Origin: an uncultured Gammaproteobacteria bacterium
GTDB lineage: Bacteria; Patescibacteriota; Microgenomatia; Levybacterales; GWA1-39-11
DNA length: 64,000 nt
Reading direction: 5' to 3'
Assembly (NCBI GenBank): GCA_964651815.1
Contig: CAZYWG010000011.1
Location: forward strand, 1,056 to 65,055
The notes beneath the pieces were generated by a model. The model had not been told where the DNA came from and searched no databases. It was given only the letters and a program-made list of their open reading frames with translations. Below, one piece after another: positions 50,107 to 60,693 of this stretch (the stretch's first letter is position 1; each line of letters opens with the position of its first letter). The position numbers were made by a program, and so were the translations under genes.

Positions 50107-51546
50107 TTAATCTCCTTTAGAATAAGAAACCCCACCTAAATCAGGAAGCCAATTTGCTCCACTATAATCTTTTGAAAAGTATAATTTGACGTCCGAAAAC
50201 TTAACGTGATCCGGTTTTTCTCCAGCTAAATCATAAAACGCAAATGGTTGATATCCAAGTGCTTCATCCGCATTTACAATACCTTTACCATGTAGAAATT
50301 CTTCTTGCGCGTACTGTTTTTCCCACGCGCCCCCCATATAACTTTTTGAATCTTTAACAGCAATTTTTTCAACTCCGCCAAAAGCGTAAGCTGTCTGGCA
50401 TTCACTTGAATCCGAATTTTCAATAAAAAGCGCGCCGGCAACAGTACCGTCAGTTTCTGATTTTGTTACGTCATATGCAGTAGCGCAGTCAAACGCTTGA
50501 GAATCTTTAATATGGGCTACAGAATTTCCTTGCAAATCAAATGCTTGCCGAGCAGTTTTTACCTGAGAATTATCAATTATTACATTTTGTGCGTTAGTAA
50601 TATACAAACCATCCGAATTCAATCGTTCGCCTACCAAACCAGTTACTCCAACTTTGTCACACCAACTAGCATTAAACAAAGCGTCTAGATTTTTTCCTTG
50701 AAGATTGACTGCCACAACAGTCCCAACATTTTGTGCCATAAACCCGCCCGATTCTGAATTTTGAAAATTGCAATTTTTGACATCCACTCGTCCTTTCCTT
50801 TTTCCGGATTGTTTCATAACGGCATGTTGATCTGAATTTGATCCATCACCACTCCCCACAACAAAAACAACAGAATCCCAAGGGCTAGCAGGCGGAATAT
50901 ATCCTTCTTTTCCGGCTCTGTCGGATCCGCCGTGAAATTCTATCCCGTCAAAAACTAGTTCTCCATCCATATCTTTGAAGTACATCATATTTTGCTTTCC
51001 AAATGATCCCCACGCTTTTGGAACATCTGAGAGTGCAGGGTTTAATTTTAAACGGCTCCCGTTTGGATGACCTTTTAATAAAATTTTTGCTCCTTCAGGA
51101 ATTGCAATGTCTAATCTTTTATTAACCTCAATTTCCCCTTCAGGCAAGTCTATTTCAACCTGTCTTCCGCTGGCTAAAGATTCCCCAACACTTTTATTAA
51201 ATGCTGCAAGAATCGTATTATCTGTCCACACTTCTGTCTTCTCAAGATTTTTGAAGGCATCAACTCCTTGAAAGTCCCTAACTAAAAGCTCTGGGCCTAC
51301 TTTTGTTTCATCTAGATTTTTATATGATATCGAATCATCTCTTTTGGCCAACTTATCCCTCTCAAGTTTGCCTACCACACCCATAATCGCAGCACCTCCC
51401 ACAATCTCTGCTCCTAACCGTGCTCCCGACATAAGCTGCCTTCTTGAAACTCTTCTGCCCAAAATCCCCACTGTATGGTTGGAACCATCACTCTTAGATG
51501 AATCGGCTACACGCTCTGGAGGTTTTTGTTCCGGCCCATCGTTCAT
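50107..51546 (-). CDS. Exported pectin-lyase-like (right-handed beta-helix) protein
   Basis: SRRQLM plus a hydrophobic segment; repetitive beta-helix pattern (DGLYITNAQNVIIDNSQV). Confidence 0.55.
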   Translation of the reverse strand: MNDGPEQKPPERVADSSKSDGSNHTVGILGRRVSRRQLMSGARLGAEIVGGAAIMGVVGKLERDKLAKRDDSISYKNLDETKVGPELLVRDFQGVDAFKNLEKTEVWTDNTILAAFNKSVGESLASGRQVEIDLPEGEIEVNKRLDIAIPEGAKILLKGHPNGSRLKLNPALSDVPKAWGSFGKQNMMYFKDMDGELVFDGIEFHGGSDRAGKEGYIPPASPWDSVVFVVGSGDGSNSDQHAVMKQSGKRKGRVDVKNCNFQNSESGGFMAQNVGTVVAVNLQGKNLDALFNASWCDKVGVTGLVGERLNSDGLYITNAQNVIIDNSQVKTARQAFDLQGNSVAHIKDSQAFDCATAYDVTKSETDGTVAGALFIENSDSSECQTAYAFGGVEKIAVKDSKSYMGGAWEKQYAQEEFLHGKGIVNADEALGYQPFAFYDLAGEKPDHVKFSDVKLYFSKDYSGANWLPDLGGVSYSKGD

Positions 51547-51871
51547 TTATTTAGTATAGGACAAATGAAGTAAAGATAAAATAACATGCAGAAAACAAAG
51601 ATTATCCGTGTGACCCTAAAGGTCAACAGTTTGAACCGGCAGGTATCCCCACACTTCATGTAGAGAACAAATAGTGTTAACGCGTTAACACTCGAAACGA
51701 CATTTTTTGAACCTAAGATTCTTAGATTTTGTACACCCTTTCTATATATAAAATAGTAGCAACGTGTAGCTACTCAAAACAAACAATTTCAAAGCCAATA
51801 CAATCAAAATCTGTACACCCTTTATTTATACATATATAAAAATTGAATGATATAATAAACAGAATAAAACT

Positions 51872-52026
51872 ATGCCAAGAAAGAAAAGCGAATTTAAAAA
51901 ACTAACAGAAAAAGAAATACTAAAAAGAAACCCTACAAGAAAAAATCAAACAGGAAACAAAAATCTATTTGAAAGACTAATCACAAAAAGCAGCAAGCAA
52001 GAACCGTTTGATAAAAAAGCTAACCC

Positions 52027-52030
<4 letters not shown>
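51872..52030 (+). CDS. Small basic protein (52 aa) inside the transposon
   Basis: MPRKKSEFKK...NLFERLITKSSKQEPFDKKANP; TATAAT at 51851; below the ORF-track cutoff. Confidence 0.5.
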
Positions 52031-53386
<1,356 letters not shown>

Positions 53387-53391
53387 GAAAA

Positions 53392-53417
53392 ACCGCAAGC
53401 TTTGCAAAGCATGCGGT
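53392..53417. other. Hairpin between avd stop and TR 3' end
   Basis: ACCGCA-A-GCTTTGCAAAGC-A-TGCGGT near-perfect palindrome. Confidence 0.7.
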
Positions 53418-53428
53418 AAAGAAAGCAG

Positions 53429-53558
53429 TTTCGGACACCGAAAGCAAACTGATTGTCAGGATTCCACTTGTTGTCAGGATTCGCCCAATTGTCATTGAGC
53501 CACACCTCATCATCATTGCGTTCCACATTGAACACGTTCGGATTGCCATCGGAATCAG
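53429..53558 (-). ncRNA. DGR template repeat (TR)
   Basis: 130-bp ungapped match to 53880-54009; all 16 differences are at TR adenines (minus strand); rich in AAY codons. Confidence 0.95.
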
Positions 53559-53875
53559 TAAGTGTAACGCACCGTCTATGTCACTGTCCTTTGAATTCTC
53601 TTAGGACTGTATTTTATTCGGGATAGAAAATCCTCAAGTGCGAAACACCAAGTCCTATTCTTTTTTGACAAATATACAAACCCTCTGCAAGAAACCTTAA
53701 TCGCTTGCGTTCTCAATTAGTATATGTCGGAAAGGTTTTGAAAAGCCGTAGCCGTTCAATAAAGCCAGTCTATAAGAAGTATATAAAAAAATTTCGCGGC
53801 CGAAAAGAATCAAAGTATCAAAAAGGCAAAGAGTCAAAAGAATAAAAAAGAATTTAAGAGTTTAAGAATTAAAAA

Positions 53876-54571
53876 TTACTTGCGGACACCGAAAGCAAAC
53901 TGATCGTCAGGATTCCACTTGAAGTCAGGATACGCCCAATTGTCATTGAGCCACACCTCATCACCATCGCGCGCCACACCGAACACGCCCGGACCGCCAA
54001 CGGAATCAGCTATTGGTTTCATTCCTGCAATAATCCATTCACCTTTTTGCAATTTATCCCCATTTTCAATGAGATGGTGGATAAGTGCTTCGGCAGGTAA
54101 AAGTTCAAGACCTAATTCATTTATTTTACCTTTAGTGAAGGGTGCAGAATTGCCCTGCTCATCAACGTCGTCTTTTGTCCCAATGATATCAGCGGTTGTA
54201 GGATAGTCCTTTTTAATTCCTAAGTCGCCAGCCTTTAACAAGCCGACTTCAATAGTTGTGGGTTCTGGCAAAGTTGTAAATTCGGAGCTTTCGACCATGC
54301 TTCTGGCATAAGAGCCAATTTTGCGACCTCGTATGGCAAGACCACCCAAGAGTGTTTTTCCATCTTTTCCACCCATTGTCCAAGGCTCGATACGGATTTT
54401 ACCTTCAAGTGAAGGGTGTAATCTTGATGGTTCCGGTGCAAATCTTTCGGGAAGAAGTCCTTGTGACTGAAGATCGCGGGCTAAACTTTCCATTTGAGCA
54501 ATTCCAGGAGCAAATTGTTCCTGTTGTGCTTTTGAAGCTCCACGAGGTGCTTCAATGTAATTCATTGCCAT
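53876..54571 (-). CDS. DGR target (variable) protein
   Basis: 231 aa with the VR at the extreme C-terminus; no obvious signal peptide or TM. Confidence 0.9.
   Translation of the reverse strand: MAMNYIEAPRGASKAQQEQFAPGIAQMESLARDLQSQGLLPERFAPEPSRLHPSLEGKIRIEPWTMGGKDGKTLLGGLAIRGRKIGSYARSMVESSEFTTLPEPTTIEVGLLKAGDLGIKKDYPTTADIIGTKDDVDEQGNSAPFTKGKINELGLELLPAEALIHHLIENGDKLQKGEWIIAGMKPIADSVGGPGVFGVARDGDEVWLNDNWAYPDFKWNPDDQFAFGVRK
53880..54009 (-). repeat. DGR variable repeat (VR) at the 3' end of the target gene
   Basis: TR frame DSDGNPNVFNVERNDDEVWLNDNWANPDNKWNPDNQFAFGVR versus VR DSVGGPGVFGVARDGDEVWLNDNWAYPDFKWNPDDQFAFGVR. Confidence 0.95.
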
Positions 54572-54580
54572 AATCCGAGC

Positions 54581-54609
54581 ATTTTATACTACTATAGGTA
54601 TGTTGTCAA
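54581..54609 (-). promoter_or_regulatory. Sigma70 promoter of DGR target gene
   Basis: TTGACA-17-TAAAAT, 9 nt before the ATG at 54571. Confidence 0.7.
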
Positions 54610-54615
54610 GCTCAG

Positions 54616-55554
54616 CTAGGCGTGATATGCAGAGCTTAGCACTCTAACACTCGCTACTTCCCCAAGTAGCCTTTCAAACATCTGATCGTTGAATTGTCTA
54701 TTGTTATATCTCCAGGAATATTCATCAATATATGCCTGTAGATATTTCTTTGATACAACCCTATAAACTCCATAAATACCACGTTTGACTATTGACCATA
54801 GCCCTTCTATATTCTGCGTGTAAATGTCTCCTACAACATAAGTTTCTTTATGCTTTACAAAGTCATGCTTGTACCCATGGTATTTAAGCTGAGTGTATCC
54901 AGCATATTCATCAGTAATAACTCTGGCTGTTGGATCTACGTTATCTTTAATTTGAGAAAGTAATGTCCATTTTCCCGTGTTTGGTATGTGTTTGAGATAC
55001 GCTCTGTTGCCACCTTTAGTATCTTTGTTTCTTTGAACCATACCCATAACAACTTCCTTCTCTTTGCCTTCTATTCCTTGTTTCCACTTAAAGGCTCTGT
55101 TTTTACCTTTACCACCAATAAATGTTTCATCTATTTCTACTGTTCCATCTAACTTTCCACCTGAACTATTTGCATTAGCCATGAGTATCCTTATTTGCTT
55201 AAAGATTCTCCAGGCAGTCTTGTATGTGACCCCAAGCTCCCTTTGTAATTGCTTTGCTGATACTCCTGAACGTGTATTGGTCATTAAAAATATCGCATAG
55301 AACCAGTATTGTAGAGGTGTAGTTGTCTTCTCAAAAACGGTTCCGGCAAGAGGGGATATTTGATATCCGCATGAACATTGATAAACCATCCTGCCTTTGA
55401 TTTTGTAGAAGCGAGATAACTTTTCAAAGTATTTACAGGAAGGATTGTTGCAGATTGCACCAGAGGGGAATTTAATATTGAAGATTTTATCTATACAGGC
55501 ATCATCATCTTTGTATTTTCGAAGGAATTCTCCGAGGCTAAATTTTTTATTCAT
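54616..55554 (-). CDS. IS1595-family DDE transposase
   Basis: Zn ribbon, GVSAKQLQRELGVTYKTAWR HTH, VEIDETFIGGK, ITDE, TQNIEGLWS, YIDEYSWRYN; promoter TTGACA-17-TATACT at 55561-55589. Confidence 0.95.
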   Translation of the reverse strand: MNKKFSLGEFLRKYKDDDACIDKIFNIKFPSGAICNNPSCKYFEKLSRFYKIKGRMVYQCSCGYQISPLAGTVFEKTTTPLQYWFYAIFLMTNTRSGVSAKQLQRELGVTYKTAWRIFKQIRILMANANSSGGKLDGTVEIDETFIGGKGKNRAFKWKQGIEGKEKEVVMGMVQRNKDTKGGNRAYLKHIPNTGKWTLLSQIKDNVDPTARVITDEYAGYTQLKYHGYKHDFVKHKETYVVGDIYTQNIEGLWSIVKRGIYGVYRVVSKKYLQAYIDEYSWRYNNRQFNDQMFERLLGEVASVRVLSSAYHA

Positions 55555-55714
55555 AGCCTCAGTATACACCTTATTCTACCTGTTGTCAAGGGATAAGTGC
55601 TTTTGAACCAACTTTAAGGTTTTGGACTACGCTCATGTATATTTACGATACTGATAATGAATGGTTATTTCCCACAGCTTGACTCTTACGTGATAATAAT
55701 GGGATATTTATATT

Positions 55715-56956
55715 ATGGAAGAAAAAACTAAAAAAAATCAACCGGCCGTTCCAGATTCAGTACCCGGACAAACTTTACCTGTTCCCGAAGTTTCTAAATC
55801 AAAACCAAAATTGAAAGCATCTATTTTAATTGCTGGAATAATTATATTCTTAATTATAATAGGAACCATCTCTGCGGTTTTTATGCATGCCTCAAAGCAA
55901 AATCGGATGATTGAAGAACAAAAAACTCAAGCCCCCTCTGTAACACAAACTCCTGCTGTAAGTAAATTAGAAGACTCATTTACGATAAAAGTTCCTGAAG
56001 GATGGACGTCTGTATCGGCAAATTCTAACGCAGACACTTATGGATACGGAAATGAGCATGGTTTCTTAATCTTCTCACCTGACTTTAAAAAAGGGGGGGA
56101 AGATGAATCAACAGGAGTAGTTATACAAATAAATCGTAAACCTGCATCTAAAAATGAGGATATACAAAAAGAAGTTGGAAGCTTTTATACAAATTTATTG
56201 TCAACCTGTAAAGAGACTATTAAACCCATAGCTATTGGAGGAATTGATGGTTATGAAGCAACATGCGATAGGGTTTTAGGAATTTACGAATCATCCCGTT
56301 CTTACAATAGATATTATTTGATAGAAAAAGGACAATACGTCTGGTCTATACAAAGTTTTGCTCGTCAGACAAGCCAAGACTACATTAGCCAAATCGATCA
56401 AATCCTTTCCAATTTCGAATTCACTGACCAAAATCAAACAACCGATACTTCAAATTGGAGAACATACAAAGACACTGAAGGATCATTCACGTTCATGTAT
56501 CCCACTGACTTGAGATTAGGAATTGGGGATAAGGCGGTAAATTTAACAAATTTCACTGGGCAGGAGGGTGTAAGCACAATTGGTATTTATGTACAATTAA
56601 CTAGTCCTGAAGCGATGAGGGGTACTGAGTTTACAAATATTTCTAAAGATGAATTTTATAATCCTTCAAATAGTATATGGTTAAAAGGTAATGCGGGGGG
56701 CGGGGGGTCAGGCACAACTTTTGAAATTCCACAAGTTTTAACTGTTGGTAACAATCAATTTATATTGCAGGTATCAAAACCTACGACTAATTATGAATCC
56801 TCATCTATAAACGATCGTGATTATAATTATTACCATTGGATAAATACTTCTAGTATTGCCAAAATCACTTTAGGAATGAATGTAAATAACCCAGGAAAAG
56901 AAAAGTATGAAAAAATGTTTCAGCAAATTCTCTCATCCTTCAAATTCACAAAATAA
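55715..56956 (+). CDS. Membrane-anchored surface protein with two PsbP-like modules (paralog 1)
   Basis: N-terminal TM; WRTYKD...FTFMYP; repeated QILS.F.FT module ends. Confidence 0.7.
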   Translation: MEEKTKKNQPAVPDSVPGQTLPVPEVSKSKPKLKASILIAGIIIFLIIIGTISAVFMHASKQNRMIEEQKTQAPSVTQTPAVSKLEDSFTIKVPEGWTSVSANSNADTYGYGNEHGFLIFSPDFKKGGEDESTGVVIQINRKPASKNEDIQKEVGSFYTNLLSTCKETIKPIAIGGIDGYEATCDRVLGIYESSRSYNRYYLIEKGQYVWSIQSFARQTSQDYISQIDQILSNFEFTDQNQTTDTSNWRTYKDTEGSFTFMYPTDLRLGIGDKAVNLTNFTGQEGVSTIGIYVQLTSPEAMRGTEFTNISKDEFYNPSNSIWLKGNAGGGGSGTTFEIPQVLTVGNNQFILQVSKPTTNYESSSINDRDYNYYHWINTSSIAKITLGMNVNNPGKEKYEKMFQQILSSFKFTK

Positions 56957-57152
56957 CTATGGAAGTAAGAATTAAAATTCAAAGCCAATTATTATTGGCT
57001 TATTACCCTGATGGAATATCGAACCAAAATGAGGCTAAAATATAATTATGAAAAAGATTATAACCCTAAACTACTATATTTCCATGCTCAAGCGGTTCAA
57101 ACCTCTTGCCTGAGTGTCCTTTAGGTGACCCTAAAGCTCCACAGTTCGAACC
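56921..57152 (+). repeat. ~232-bp diverged direct repeat, copy 1 (gene end plus att-like tail)
   Basis: Aligns colinearly to 58311-58543 (e.g. TATTACCCTGAT.GAATATCGAACCAAAATGAGGCTAA, ACCTCTTGCCTGAGT, TTTAGGTGACC). Confidence 0.85.
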
Positions 57153-57248
57153 GATTATAAAGTTTTGGACAACGCTAATTTCTTCTTACGAACGTACGAA
57201 AGACAAATACCCAGATAGTTGACATAGACATTTAAATAGCAAATACTT

Positions 57249-58346
57249 ATGAATATGGAAGAAAAAATTAAAACAGAAAAACAACCGATAGAAAATTCTG
57301 TACCAGAAAAAACCCCGCCGGTTCTTGATGTTCCAAAAGCAAAACCAAAATTAAAGTTGCCAATTCTAATTGGTGGAATTATATTGTTTTTAGTTTTAAT
57401 CGGGTGTGCCTCAGCTTATTTGTTGCTTTCAAAACAAAAAACAACCGACACACAAAAACAAGTATTCCAAGGACTTCGCATATCCACTCCAACTCCCGAC
57501 TTAACTCCTACTCAGGGATCCTCCCACATTACTCGTCTTCGTCCGGATAAAGGTCCTATTGGTACTCTCGTAACCGTAGATGGAACAAATTTTACAAGTG
57601 ACTATAATATAATTCAGTTTGGGTCAGATGATTCTTACAGCTCAATTGGACTACCAAATAACGCAATAGATAGTGCTACTTCGCGTAACTCTAGTGACGG
57701 GAAAGATAGCATAGAATTTATTATTCCTGGCCCTTCGATTCAAAGCGGCCCAAGTACAGGCAAGATATGTAACTATCTACTTCAGTGCATTCCAGTTGTA
57801 CAAAGAAATATAATGCCGGGAACTTATCCTGTTTCTGTATCAAACCGCCAGGGACACAGCAATACACTTAATTTTACGGTTATTCAAGTAGATCAGGGAC
57901 CAGCTTCAAAACTCATTCCGGGTTGGAAGACGTATGTTGATACAACCTATGGTTTTACTATTGATTATCCTTCAGATAGCGGAGTGAGTTATCGCCCTGA
58001 TCAACCCTATGTCAATGATGATGGATATACTCTCGGTTTTAAATTTGTTACTGTTTCTTTTTCTCCAAACCCGGATAAACTTTCCGCAACGAATTTTGTC
58101 AAACAAGAAGCATTCAAAAACGATTTACCCGGTTGGGATAACAATAAAAAACCCATTATTCCCTTAAACTTAAAAGAAATAGATGCTGTAGAAGTTAATA
58201 ATATCGTAGGAGGAGCAGGAGGTTTTGGATCGGAAGTATTCATATCAGATGGAGCAAATATAATTAAGTTGCTTGCTACGGACTCTACACCCGCAACGGA
58301 GAGTAAGTTACAGCAAATGCTTTCAACCTTCAAATTCACAAAATAA
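57249..58346 (+). CDS. Membrane-anchored surface protein with IPT/TIG-like and PsbP-like modules (paralog 2)
   Basis: Same N-terminus and C-terminus as paralog 1; the middle has an IPT/TIG-like ITRLRPDKGPIGTLVTVDGTNF. Confidence 0.7.
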   Translation: MNMEEKIKTEKQPIENSVPEKTPPVLDVPKAKPKLKLPILIGGIILFLVLIGCASAYLLLSKQKTTDTQKQVFQGLRISTPTPDLTPTQGSSHITRLRPDKGPIGTLVTVDGTNFTSDYNIIQFGSDDSYSSIGLPNNAIDSATSRNSSDGKDSIEFIIPGPSIQSGPSTGKICNYLLQCIPVVQRNIMPGTYPVSVSNRQGHSNTLNFTVIQVDQGPASKLIPGWKTYVDTTYGFTIDYPSDSGVSYRPDQPYVNDDGYTLGFKFVTVSFSPNPDKLSATNFVKQEAFKNDLPGWDNNKKPIIPLNLKEIDAVEVNNIVGGAGGFGSEVFISDGANIIKLLATDSTPATESKLQQMLSTFKFTK

Positions 58347-58543
58347 TTACGTAAGGAAGTATTAAAGTTGAATACCAATTATTATCGGCCTATTACCCTG
58401 ATTGAATATCGAACCAAAATGAGGCTAAGAATAAAAGATGAAAAAAGAAAGAATACTAATCTACAATACCTTCATGCACAAGCGGCTCGAACCTCTTGCC
58501 TGAGTATTCCTTTAGGTGACCTCAACGCAAATACCATCGAACC
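58311..58543 (+). repeat. ~232-bp diverged direct repeat, copy 2
   Basis: See copy 1; ends in GTGACC-N15-TCGAACC. Confidence 0.85.
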
Positions 58544-58625
58544 ATTTTTAACTTGGATTTTCAAGCTTATGGAAGCTTATGGTCACAAATCAAGCACAGA
58601 CGATATTGTATAATACGTTTAACAA

Positions 58626-58943
58626 ATGAATAATACACCAAAAATAGAAGTTCTGCCAGAAGATAAAGTTGTTTTAACCCAAGAACAGAAAAACCTGCTT
58701 GAACTGGCTTTTGTAAAACAAATTCCTCCGGAAGACGCCAAATTTATTGAAAGTGTAAAAAATCAGACCACAGAAAACCCATTCGATAAAATAAGTGAAT
58801 ACTTTACTTCAAAATATGGGCAGGATTTTGGAGTGATTTATCTTTCGGCAATTACTAGCGGACGTGATGAATGTGCTGAAACTATAAAATTTATAGAGAA
58901 TAGAAGAGCTTCGGAAAGAATTAATAAGCAGAAGAGGGATTAA
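58626..58943 (+). CDS. Hypothetical protein
   Basis: 105-aa ORF preceded by TATAAT. Confidence 0.5.
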   Translation: MNNTPKIEVLPEDKVVLTQEQKNLLELAFVKQIPPEDAKFIESVKNQTTENPFDKISEYFTSKYGQDFGVIYLSAITSGRDECAETIKFIENRRASERINKQKRD

Positions 58944-59158
58944 GAAGGGAAAATATCGGAAGCTTTAACTCCCAGAGCCCTAATTATGCTATTCAATTTC
59001 TCAGGTGAGGTACCTATACCTCCTCGCTCAATCTTAGCGAAATAATTGGCCTTTATTCCAGCCCTTTTTGCCACTTCTTCCTGCGTCAATCTCTTCTCTT
59101 CCCTTATTTTTCTGATGTTATTTCCAATTTCTTCCCTAACACTTTTCAAAGTAATCAT
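58940..59158 (-). CDS. XRE-family HTH transcriptional regulator
   Basis: IRKIREEKRLTQEEVAKRAGI...AKIERG...IIRALGV. Confidence 0.92.
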   Translation of the reverse strand: MITLKSVREEIGNNIRKIREEKRLTQEEVAKRAGIKANYFAKIERGGIGTSPEKLNSIIRALGVKASDIFPS

Positions 59159-59319
59159 ATCCTTAGGTTTGTATTATAACATTTTGTAATGCCCGTTTTT
59201 TCTAAAGCGAGCTGTATTTTATACATATATTATATGTCCTATATTATTAGAAAATAAACTACGAATTTACTATAAATTTATGCCCGAAGTTTATATGTGC
59301 ACCATAGCCACATTTCTGC

Positions 59320-59348
59320 TTGACATTGGCCTATAGTTATGATATACT
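59320..59348 (+). promoter_or_regulatory. Sigma70 promoter divergent from the XRE gene
   Basis: TTGACA-17-TATACT. Confidence 0.75.
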
Positions 59349-59390
59349 TATCCCATCATTTGGTAGGAATTTCCTGACTCGATTTAAGAA

Positions 59391-59835
59391 GCTCTTTTAT
59401 AACTTATCTTTTCGCATACACCAGCTAAAAGCTTGGGTTCAATACTCTGTACGTATTGTATTCTTAGCCTCACATTGAGGCTAGACATACCAGCACAGAA
59501 GCTGGTTTTTTTGTGGCTAAATACTAATCAGTGAAAGAGTGTGCGTGGGTGGGTAAGAATTATATTTACTCATTCCTGCGTACTCTTTCGTTGACTAGGT
59601 AACTAGCCAGCGACTTATCCTCAAACTACCTTTCTCGCATTACGCTTGAGAAAGGCCCGTGTGAGGCTCTATGCTCTTACCAAGTTTAACCAGATCTACC
59701 CCGCTCTGCGGGAGAAAGACGAGGGAAGATGCGGTAAGGCGAGATAAGTTCTTTGACAATTTAATTTTCAAGACATGTTCTCTGATAGGGAACAATAAGA
59801 TTAGGAGGAGTCCTGGTTTTGTTGTTCCTTATCAG
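59391..59835 (+). ncRNA. Putative large structured RNA / leader
   Basis: 34-bp and 25-bp stems whose non-Watson-Crick pairs are almost all G-U on the + strand; long-range pairing of 59401-10 with 59741-50; boxA-like motifs. Confidence 0.6.
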
Positions 59836-59951
59836 GAATAAATTCAAGTGAGCGGACAGCTATAAAAGGAGGCTGATAAGATAACCCCGCATAAAATAAG
59901 TACGAACTACCTGTTGGCTAGCAAATTAGCACACCGAAAGGACGGGAATTC

Positions 59952-60125
59952 ATGAAAGTTCCAGTATGGTTGGGATTAGTGATTGCAACCGCAATCGCAC
60001 TGGTAATTCAGCTTCTGTTTACGGATGCTGTTCCCAGCGCGTTACTACGGCTGCTCATATGCATCCCTATCGTATCTTTCATCATGTGGGGTCTGCAAAA
60101 GCTCCATATCATCAAATATGAGTGA
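59952..60125 (+). CDS. Small two-TM membrane protein (57 aa)
   Basis: MKVPVWLGLVIATAIALVIQLLFTDAVPSALLRLLICIPIVSFIMWGLQKLHIIKYE, with a GAAAGGA SD-like site. Confidence 0.6.
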   Translation: MKVPVWLGLVIATAIALVIQLLFTDAVPSALLRLLICIPIVSFIMWGLQKLHIIKYE

Positions 60126-60174
60126 CCGCAGCTAAATTGGCAAGCACGAGTTCACGTTCCTATGAAAGGGGACT

Positions 60175-60693
60175 ATGATGACAACTACAGCACTCGCTCT
60201 TCATCTGAAGGCAGACCCAATGCCCGTATCGGACTGGGATGTACCAGATGGTTTACCGAGCAGGATCTACGATGTTCTGTACTCTGATGAGTTTTGCAGG
60301 CGGAAATGGATGCTTCTCACTGCAGTGCGAATAGCTCTGTTTGAGGAACTTCCTGCGCTCGTAAACGCGTCCGAAGGGGCCGTCAGAGCAGCCTGCATGA
60401 TTCTGATTGATAAGGGTAAGGTCCGAACCTGGCGAAACGCTTCTGGCGTCATCGTTGGGGTTTCGTGTAAGAACATCGGCACCAACATGGCAGACATCGT
60501 CGTGAACGAGCCTGCTCGTCAGATCATGCCACCCGATGAGGTGCAGCGCCGCAATAAGGCTTTCAATGACCGTTTCGGCAAGGGAAAGTCAGCTGTGGCC
60601 GTAGGCAACAGGCGCGAAAGCGACAAGGATTGGTACGACAGAACGTTCGGTCCGCAAGTCCCTTTCGACCCGAAAAACCACGAGTACGACTAG
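60175..60693 (+). CDS. Hypothetical protein, higher GC than host genes
   Basis: 172-aa ORF with a GAAAGGGG SD-like site; possible winged-helix segment. Confidence 0.55.
   Translation: MMTTTALALHLKADPMPVSDWDVPDGLPSRIYDVLYSDEFCRRKWMLLTAVRIALFEELPALVNASEGAVRAACMILIDKGKVRTWRNASGVIVGVSCKNIGTNMADIVVNEPARQIMPPDEVQRRNKAFNDRFGKGKSAVAVGNRRESDKDWYDRTFGPQVPFDPKNHEYD

Noticed and set aside
54601-54610. TGTTGTCAAG repeated at 55581-90 as IS ends flanking the transposase alone
   Set aside because: The copies are direct, not inverted, and each is the -35 box of a promoter; no target duplication flanks them.
57125-57152. GTGACC...TCGAACC as a minus-strand tRNA fragment
   Set aside because: Spacing (15 nt) is too long for a T-arm plus acceptor strand and no cloverleaf forms; kept only as an att-like motif.
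58368-58613. 81-aa ORF as a functional gene
   Set aside because: Lies in the repeated tail; the paralogous copy after 56957 is not open in the same way, so it is treated as a relic.
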